This document shows positions 24,098-29,403 of a stretch of 29,403 nt of DNA, one piece after another. Every line of letters starts with the position of its first letter. The first letter of the stretch is position 1. The translations under genes were made by a program, and so were the position numbers. The notes beneath the pieces were generated by a model. The model was not told the DNA's origin. It saw nothing but the letters and a program-made list of their open reading frames with translations, and did not search any database. Location: IMG/VR virus record IMGVR_UViG_3300032373_000083, positions 1 through 29,403 of that record. One strand, written 5' to 3'. The stretch is from a virus. Lineage: Duplodnaviria; Caudoviricetes.

Positions 24098-24690
24098 GTC
24101 GAAGCATCCCCGCCGCGAAGGTTCATTGTCACTTCCCACGTCGCCTCGGTCGATGTGACACCAAAGTCAGCAACCAGGCGCACGCGCGTTGCGTTGTGGC
24201 CTATAGGTACGCTTGTTTCACTCCCCGACACAAATGCCTGAACAGTCAAGTTCATCAGCGGGTCGTTAAGCCGTGTCCATGTCACGCCATCATCTGACCG
24301 CTCAACATAGAGATTATTGCGGATTGCGCTTGCCGTGGTCAGCGTGAAATTGAGATACGAAACGTACTTCTCTGCCGCGAGCGTGACAGTACCTAGCACA
24401 ATAAGCGCATCTGTGTCTGTCGTCTCACCAACCGAAGTCGAACCCAATAAAACAGAGTCAGGCGCTTCCGGCCTTGCCTCCCTCACGCCAAAGTCATCGA
24501 CAACACCGCGAACAAACTCTTGCGGATTGCGCTCGTCAAATTGCTCTTTCCAGACAAGCAGGCCATCCCATTGTTTGCGCACATCGCCCGACAGAATGCG
24601 CAAACCCGTATTGTCACACCGGACATAATGCTCATGCGTGATGTTCTTGGGTATCTTACCGCGTCTGCGTGCTGAACGAATCCGGGCCAT
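24094..24690 (-). CDS. Phage morphogenesis-module protein (CDxxG...WDGLLV...PQEFVRG...RPE) with C-terminal extension
   Basis: Motif I recall from genes upstream of adaptors in podoviruses; ATGA overlap. Confidence 0.65.
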   Translation of the reverse strand: MARIRSARRRGKIPKNITHEHYVRCDNTGLRILSGDVRKQWDGLLVWKEQFDERNPQEFVRGVVDDFGVREARPEAPDSVLLGSTSVGETTDTDALIVLGTVTLAAEKYVSYLNFTLTTASAIRNNLYVERSDDGVTWTRLNDPLMNLTVQAFVSGSETSVPIGHNATRVRLVADFGVTSTEATWEVTMNLRGGDAST

Positions 24691-24692
24691 GA

Positions 24693-25244
24693 TTAGCCTT
24701 TCTGTTCTTCTGTCGCTATCAGGCCAGCATTGCCCAACGCTTCGCGGGCTTCCGCCTCATCTGCAAAGACCATGAACGCCGTCTCGCGCCATTGCAATTC
24801 GCCGCCGACAACCTCACCGTTTTCGTCAATCTCTCCGCCAACCATTACCGGCGAGTCACCCGCCCATGTGTTGAAAGGCGTTACAGGTTCAGGCTTTGCC
24901 TTGTGTTTGGCGAGGTTCTTTTCCAAATCCTTCACCGCGTCGTCGTGCTGTTTCTTCACGGCCTTGCGAAGATCAGTGCGGGTTTTGCGCTTGCCGACCA
25001 GTGGCTTTTCCTTAAAGTCAGAGTCAGGCCGCTTGTCAAAGTCATCCAGATACTTGCGGGCCTTTTCTTCCGCCTTGACCAACCGCTTATCAAAAGCCTT
25101 CTGGTCAGTGACTGCGATATTGACGTGATAGCCTTCGACGTATCCCGTAACAGGGCGATATTCATGGCCCTCGGTATCTGTGACAGGCTCGCCATAGATG
25201 GGGATTGGAACGTGAACGGCAGAAGGTCCGATGAAGTTGGTCAT
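24693..25244 (-). CDS. Hypothetical protein downstream of the fibre gene (possible fibre assembly factor)
   Basis: GYHVN...PVTP..WAG motif with a Lys-rich insert; ATGA-coupled to the fibre gene. Confidence 0.6.
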   Translation of the reverse strand: MTNFIGPSAVHVPIPIYGEPVTDTEGHEYRPVTGYVEGYHVNIAVTDQKAFDKRLVKAEEKARKYLDDFDKRPDSDFKEKPLVGKRKTRTDLRKAVKKQHDDAVKDLEKNLAKHKAKPEPVTPFNTWAGDSPVMVGGEIDENGEVVGGELQWRETAFMVFADEAEAREALGNAGLIATEEQKG

Positions 25245-27601
25245 GTTGACATCGCCTGAAGTTGTGCGTCTGTCAGCGTACCTTCACCAATGGCAATGCG
25301 GTAGATATAGCCACGACAGGGCGCACTGCCGTTCGCGGAACCGACCGACAATGTTGTCAGCGTCGGCAAATCAACGGCGCTATCCGAACCTACAGCCGCG
25401 CCATTTACTGAAACCTGTAGGTCGTCCGTCGCCAAAGAGAGCGCCGTTTTGAACGGCAAGCCTGTGTCTGTTTTACCGGCTACCAGCCCAGTATCGCCAG
25501 CCGCCGTTTCTGAATATACCGCACCGATATTGGCAGAGAGATTGTAAACTTGCAGCCGCTCACCCGCCGCTCCGTATAATTGCAATACGATTTGGCCGCC
25601 TGAAGAAACGGCTGCGCCATCTCTATATTCAGCATCCACCAACACCCAAAACCCCTGCGACGGGTCAAGATTGCCGACATTCGTCCAGCGGGACGCGGTG
25701 GTGCTTGTCGTTGGGATGTAGTCTTGAGCCGTTGCGCCGGTTTGTAGCTGGGCCCGCGCGATGAATACCCCATCACCATCGGCTGCGGACGACACCGTAC
25801 CGTAGCTCGCGCTCGAACTGTCTACCAAATACAAGTAGAATGTCTGGTTCGTGGTAGCAAAGCCCGTAAAAGTGACGATGCAGCGGTAATAACCATCGCC
25901 CAGAGCCGTTACTGACCCCGTTGCTTTTGTGCCAGACGTGCCGACCGAGCCATCAGTCAGATCGAAATTGCAAAACCCCTGCCCGTCGACACTTTGAAGG
26001 ATTTGCACGTAATCCACACCGTCAGCCTTCACATCCCAATAAATCGTGAACGGGTCAGCGCCGGGAGTAGCAGCTCTTCCGAAGCGTTTCACTGTGGCGG
26101 TCCCGGTGTTAGACCGTAAAGCGCCGTCAGCGTATGTCGTGTTTAACTTAGCCCAAGCCGCATTATCGAACTCCTCCGAATACGTCAGGAGATTAGTAAC
26201 CAACCCCAGATCAACAGAAGCCGTGTCCGCGCCCGCAGAGGCGCTTGCGCTTGTGGTGGGAATGTAAGGCGTGGCGACAGAGCCGGTTTCGAGTTGTGCG
26301 CCCCACACCACCGTGGCTAATCCATCGACCCCAGCCGGGCCAGACGTCATTGCAGGATAAACATACAGAGAGTGATTGCCCGTGGAGACAATCGTCACCG
26401 TCACCGCTACTCGATACCACCCGCCTGCCAGCGCCTCCACATTCGTTGTGCCAGCACCAGCGGTGATCGACAAAACCGGCACCCCGGCGGTCCACGTCGC
26501 ATTGACCAGCGCAACCCACGCAAACGGGCTATCAAACGCGATAGCAAACGACATTTCCGTGGCGGTATCTTCTTTGATGTGAAGCGAATAAGTCACCACG
26601 TCCGATGCCGTAAATGAAACCGAATATCCGCTTGTAGCAAACGAGGCATTACTAACCGCCGTTGTCGGGTTCCAGATAGCCAACTGCCCGCCCGCCGGAT
26701 CAGTCCGATACTCTAAGCCCGCCGATTTAGCGCCCCAGTCTGGCGTCGAAAAACTGTCCGACTGGCGCACCAAATTAGTCGCACCCGCATCGACGGCCAA
26801 GCCTTTGTCTGTACGCCGCGGAAGCTGTGTCGTTATCGCGCTGGATGTCGTGGCAACATAGGTGTCTTGGGTGGTGACTTTGCGAATTTGAGCGCCCCAA
26901 AGGTAGACGCCAGACGTGCCATCACCAGTGTAAGACACAGTTGTGCCAGTACTCACAAGCCTTACTTGTGCGTTGTAAGACGTGGTAGCTGTCGTAAATG
27001 TGATAGCGCAGCGATACCAGCCGTTGCCCGCGTCAGAAATCGAGGCCGATCCTAACGCAGTGTTAGTAACTGAACCGGCGTCAATATCAAACGTGGCGCT
27101 TCCTACACCCGCTAAAATTAGGTTGATAAGTGTGCGACCGTTTGGCTTGGCATAGACTGAAAAGGTGTATGCCGTCGCATTTGTAACCGTGACGCCATCA
27201 TAAACAATGTGTTCGCTTGTCCCCGTGTCTTCAATAAGCGCATCTGCTGTCGTTGTGCCGTCGGGCGCGGTGCTGGCGTCCGCTGAAATCGAAGACCCGC
27301 TTTTATTCCAAGCCGCGTTGCTGAAATCTTCCGAATACGTAAGCAGGTTTTCTTCCGTAAACGGAATGAGCGTTCCATCTTCTTTGTCAGAATACCGCGT
27401 ACCCGTCCGGCTGGCAGTCCAGCCGGGAATATCATCAAGGCTGGATACAGTTTTCTTGTTCACCCAATAGCGGTTCTTGGTGAAGTCGTAATCCACACCC
27501 GGTTGAGTGCGGACATAAGGGTTCACCTGCCCGTTAGGCGCACTTCGAAATGTTGCGGGCCTTACAGAAAGCCGCGACTTGTAGCGAGGGCCGTAACGCA
27601 T
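25241..27601 (-). CDS. Head spike/fibre-like protein with three tandem carbohydrate-binding-like repeats and a ConA-like C-terminus
   Basis: Three NLLxxSExF..W...GxYRxxxT...xAQLxxG..AxxYxPTT units; adjacent to the capsid genes. Confidence 0.75.
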   Translation of the reverse strand: MRYGPRYKSRLSVRPATFRSAPNGQVNPYVRTQPGVDYDFTKNRYWVNKKTVSSLDDIPGWTASRTGTRYSDKEDGTLIPFTEENLLTYSEDFSNAAWNKSGSSISADASTAPDGTTTADALIEDTGTSEHIVYDGVTVTNATAYTFSVYAKPNGRTLINLILAGVGSATFDIDAGSVTNTALGSASISDAGNGWYRCAITFTTATTSYNAQVRLVSTGTTVSYTGDGTSGVYLWGAQIRKVTTQDTYVATTSSAITTQLPRRTDKGLAVDAGATNLVRQSDSFSTPDWGAKSAGLEYRTDPAGGQLAIWNPTTAVSNASFATSGYSVSFTASDVVTYSLHIKEDTATEMSFAIAFDSPFAWVALVNATWTAGVPVLSITAGAGTTNVEALAGGWYRVAVTVTIVSTGNHSLYVYPAMTSGPAGVDGLATVVWGAQLETGSVATPYIPTTSASASAGADTASVDLGLVTNLLTYSEEFDNAAWAKLNTTYADGALRSNTGTATVKRFGRAATPGADPFTIYWDVKADGVDYVQILQSVDGQGFCNFDLTDGSVGTSGTKATGSVTALGDGYYRCIVTFTGFATTNQTFYLYLVDSSSASYGTVSSAADGDGVFIARAQLQTGATAQDYIPTTSTTASRWTNVGNLDPSQGFWVLVDAEYRDGAAVSSGGQIVLQLYGAAGERLQVYNLSANIGAVYSETAAGDTGLVAGKTDTGLPFKTALSLATDDLQVSVNGAAVGSDSAVDLPTLTTLSVGSANGSAPCRGYIYRIAIGEGTLTDAQLQAMST

Positions 27602-27999
27602 TACTGCGCCCTATAGTAGACAGTCATGTCATAGGCAGCGCCGTCAATCGCGCCATCCGTTGTGAAAACCACATCGCCTGTTCCGCCCGCGCCAGGATCA
27701 TTAAAGCCACCAAAGGACGTGAAATCCATCACGCCACTACCAAGAGGCAGCACCGCAATCGTTACATCTGACGCGCGGTCCCAATAAATGTGGACATAGT
27801 TAAAGCCATTGATTGCGTACTCAATGCGCTCAATCTGAACCTTGGTCGCAGCTCTGCCAGCCGGGTTAAGCAGAGCCGACACGTCAATCTTGGCAACCGC
27901 GCTTTCCCCCGTACCGTCTGACTGGTTGGTGAACCGTGTTATGTAATCACCACGCGCTTTGCCGTTCCACGCGGTTACAGTAGATACAGTATCAGCCAT
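27601..27999 (-). CDS. Virion structural protein (possible spike base)
   Basis: SD GGAGG; TAATG-coupled to the fibre gene. Confidence 0.65.
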   Translation of the reverse strand: MADTVSTVTAWNGKARGDYITRFTNQSDGTGESAVAKIDVSALLNPAGRAATKVQIERIEYAINGFNYVHIYWDRASDVTIAVLPLGSGVMDFTSFGGFNDPGAGGTGDVVFTTDGAIDGAAYDMTVYYRAQ

Positions 28000-28013
28000 T
28001 TATGGCCTCCATG

Positions 28014-28036
28014 AAAACGGGGGCTCGAAGCCCCCG
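28014..28036 (-). terminator. Intrinsic terminator
   Basis: CGGGGGCT-TCG-AGCCCCCG followed by TTTT. Confidence 0.75.
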
Positions 28037-28040
28037 CCAG

Positions 28041-28337
28041 TTAGCTAGAAGCTGTGACTTGCGCAGCCTGTATCGCGGTATTGACCGCGTTCAGCGTGGT
28101 CTGCAATTCCTTGAGTTGGAGATTCAAATCAAGAATCGCAGCGTTGACCGCCGCATTGACAGCCGCATCAGTGTAGGTGTCACTCGTTGACAGAGCAATG
28201 TCAGCCACGTCAGCAAGCGTCCCATCCACAGTGCCGGTCAGTGTGCCAGCAAGGTTCGCAACAGCCGCCACCTGTGCGTCTGAGGAATTAACCAGCGGGC
28301 CTTTAATCCCATTGGGAAAATTAGTTGGTTTGACCAT
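28041..28337 (-). CDS. Small capsid-associated protein (head fibre/decoration-like)
   Basis: TNFPNGI N-terminus and C-terminal coiled coil; SD GGAGG; follows the major capsid gene. Confidence 0.65.
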   Translation of the reverse strand: MVKPTNFPNGIKGPLVNSSDAQVAAVANLAGTLTGTVDGTLADVADIALSTSDTYTDAAVNAAVNAAILDLNLQLKELQTTLNAVNTAIQAAQVTASS

Positions 28338-28360
28338 ATTGGCCTCCGTTTAAGCGGGAG

Positions 28361-28388
28361 AAAAGGGCGGAGCCGTTAAGCCCCGCCC
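28361..28388 (-). terminator. Intrinsic terminator after the major capsid gene
   Basis: GGGCGGGGC-TTAACG-GCTCCGCCC followed by TTTT. Confidence 0.8.
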
Positions 28389-28402
28389 ATAATTCACCTG
28401 AC

Positions 28403-29326
28403 TTATGCAGCACCTTCAGTGCCGTACACGCCACGCCAATCCGCCCAGTCGAACTTGTACCGCTCGACGGCTTTCGCCTTCGCATTCTCGGTATCAAAGT
28501 CCTTGTCGCGGGTGAAGGCCAACTTCATACGCTCTTGATAGAGCATACCAGTACCATCAGGAATGTCGGTGCGAATGTAGAACGCATCGGTGTCTTCCAG
28601 ATAGTTGTTGACCACATACCCACCAGGCAGAACGCCCATCGACCGCATCGCGTTGGTTGCGTTGTTGGCCGTGTCGTTTTGCAGATTGGATTTCATAATC
28701 CGCTCGGCGTTGAACTGGTTGCCGTTTGCAATGATGAGTTTTTGACCCTTCAGTGCAATGCGCAGACCAGCCGCGTCTTTCGCGTTGCCAATCTGGACGA
28801 GCAAGTCTTCCAGAGCGACTTCGGAAAGGTCAGCAGCCACAGCCAGCGTGTTCGACTGATTGCCGGTTGGCGTCGGGTGTGCCGTGCTGAGCAGGGAAAC
28901 GCCGTCACCGCCAAGATATGAACCGCTGGTGCTTCGGTCATAAACCAGAGCGCCATTGATTTCCTTGGTGATGCGCATAGAGCGGGCAAGGCGAGCAGCG
29001 CGAGAACGTGACTGTTCAAGATACTGATTGTCTGCCAACTCTTCCATCGTCACGATATAGCCAAGGGCCATTGTGACGTTTGCAGTCTTGCGCTCGTAGC
29101 CTTGCTGATCCGCGTCATAGCGAACAGCGCCGCCTTGAGGCTTGACTTGTGCGAGGCCCATGCCGATTGACTCGACACGCTCTTCATACGACTTGTCGGA
29201 ACGAACAGTGTCAAACAAATCCTTGCATTGCAAAGGATACTGATTGTACTGCACGCCAAACCACTTCGCGACCCCCGGCCAAAGAGCCTTGGGGTGGTTG
29301 GAAGTGGAGATGATTGATCCAGCCAT
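28403..29326 (-). CDS. Major capsid protein (Mu gpT-like/LUZ24-PaP3-like type)
   Basis: HPKALWPGV..WFG, SDKSYEE, ALGYIVT.E, GGDGVSL.S.AHP, DFDTENAK.K..ERY.F.W.DWRG..G; SD AAGGAG; downstream terminator. Confidence 0.9.
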   Translation of the reverse strand: MAGSIISTSNHPKALWPGVAKWFGVQYNQYPLQCKDLFDTVRSDKSYEERVESIGMGLAQVKPQGGAVRYDADQQGYERKTANVTMALGYIVTMEELADNQYLEQSRSRAARLARSMRITKEINGALVYDRSTSGSYLGGDGVSLLSTAHPTPTGNQSNTLAVAADLSEVALEDLLVQIGNAKDAAGLRIALKGQKLIIANGNQFNAERIMKSNLQNDTANNATNAMRSMGVLPGGYVVNNYLEDTDAFYIRTDIPDGTGMLYQERMKLAFTRDKDFDTENAKAKAVERYKFDWADWRGVYGTEGAA

Positions 29327-29337
29327 CTATTTGCTCC

Positions 29338-29403
29338 TTAGATCGAGGTGACAGGACCGCCAGGACGAAGCGCGTGATTTACAATCATGCACTCCCACAC
29401 AGC
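29338..29403 (-). CDS. 3' end of the gene upstream of the capsid gene (...AVWECMIVNHALRPGGPVTSI), probably a capsid-associated protein
   Basis: Open frame to the window edge; its stop abuts the capsid SD. Confidence 0.55.
   Translation of the reverse strand, partial: AVWECMIVNHALRPGGPVTSI

Larger units (their letters stand above)
1..29403. mobile_element. Tailed phage genome segment (podovirus-like, lambdoid/P22-like gene layout; probable alphaproteobacterial host)
   Basis: Capsid, P22 gp4/gp10/gp7-like genes, tailspike, endolysin, spanins, ERF, SSB, NinB, RusA and Cro, with dense translational coupling. No host housekeeping genes and no tail tube or tape measure in the structural block. 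Confidence 0.95.

Noticed and set aside
13589-28921. Numerous plus-strand ORFs across the late region
   Set aside because: Antisense to well-supported structural genes and without recognisable motifs; expected in GC-rich DNA.

Overview
The whole window is part of a tailed bacteriophage genome. It most likely belongs to a short-tailed (P22-neck-type) phage of an alphaproteobacterial host, judged from a GcrA-like gene, a DnaA-C-like gene and an alphaproteobacterial-type SSB. Layout: (1) a leftward Cro-led operon with two HNH genes, RusA, a GcrA-like gene, a DnaA-C HTH gene and the start of a probable replication gene (1-3006); (2) a 143-bp divergent control region with three 17-bp operator-like sites and no CI gene; (3) a rightward early operon with a DUF6948-like gene, a (Gly-X)31 repeat protein, ERF, SSB, HNH, NinB and accessory genes (3150-11162); (4) the converging late operon on the minus strand with capsid, head fibre, neck, ejection proteins, tailspike and lysis genes (11175-29403). 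The most striking structure is at 7651-10740. Two tandem four-gene units share six short junction sequences in the same order, up to 40 bp identical and three of them carrying stop, SD and start together, while the DNA between the junctions shows no similarity I can see. This looks like a cassette-exchange scaffold placed just downstream of the ERF/SSB/NinB recombination genes. No integrase, tRNA, CRISPR array or IS element was seen. Family names come from motif recognition, not from database searches.
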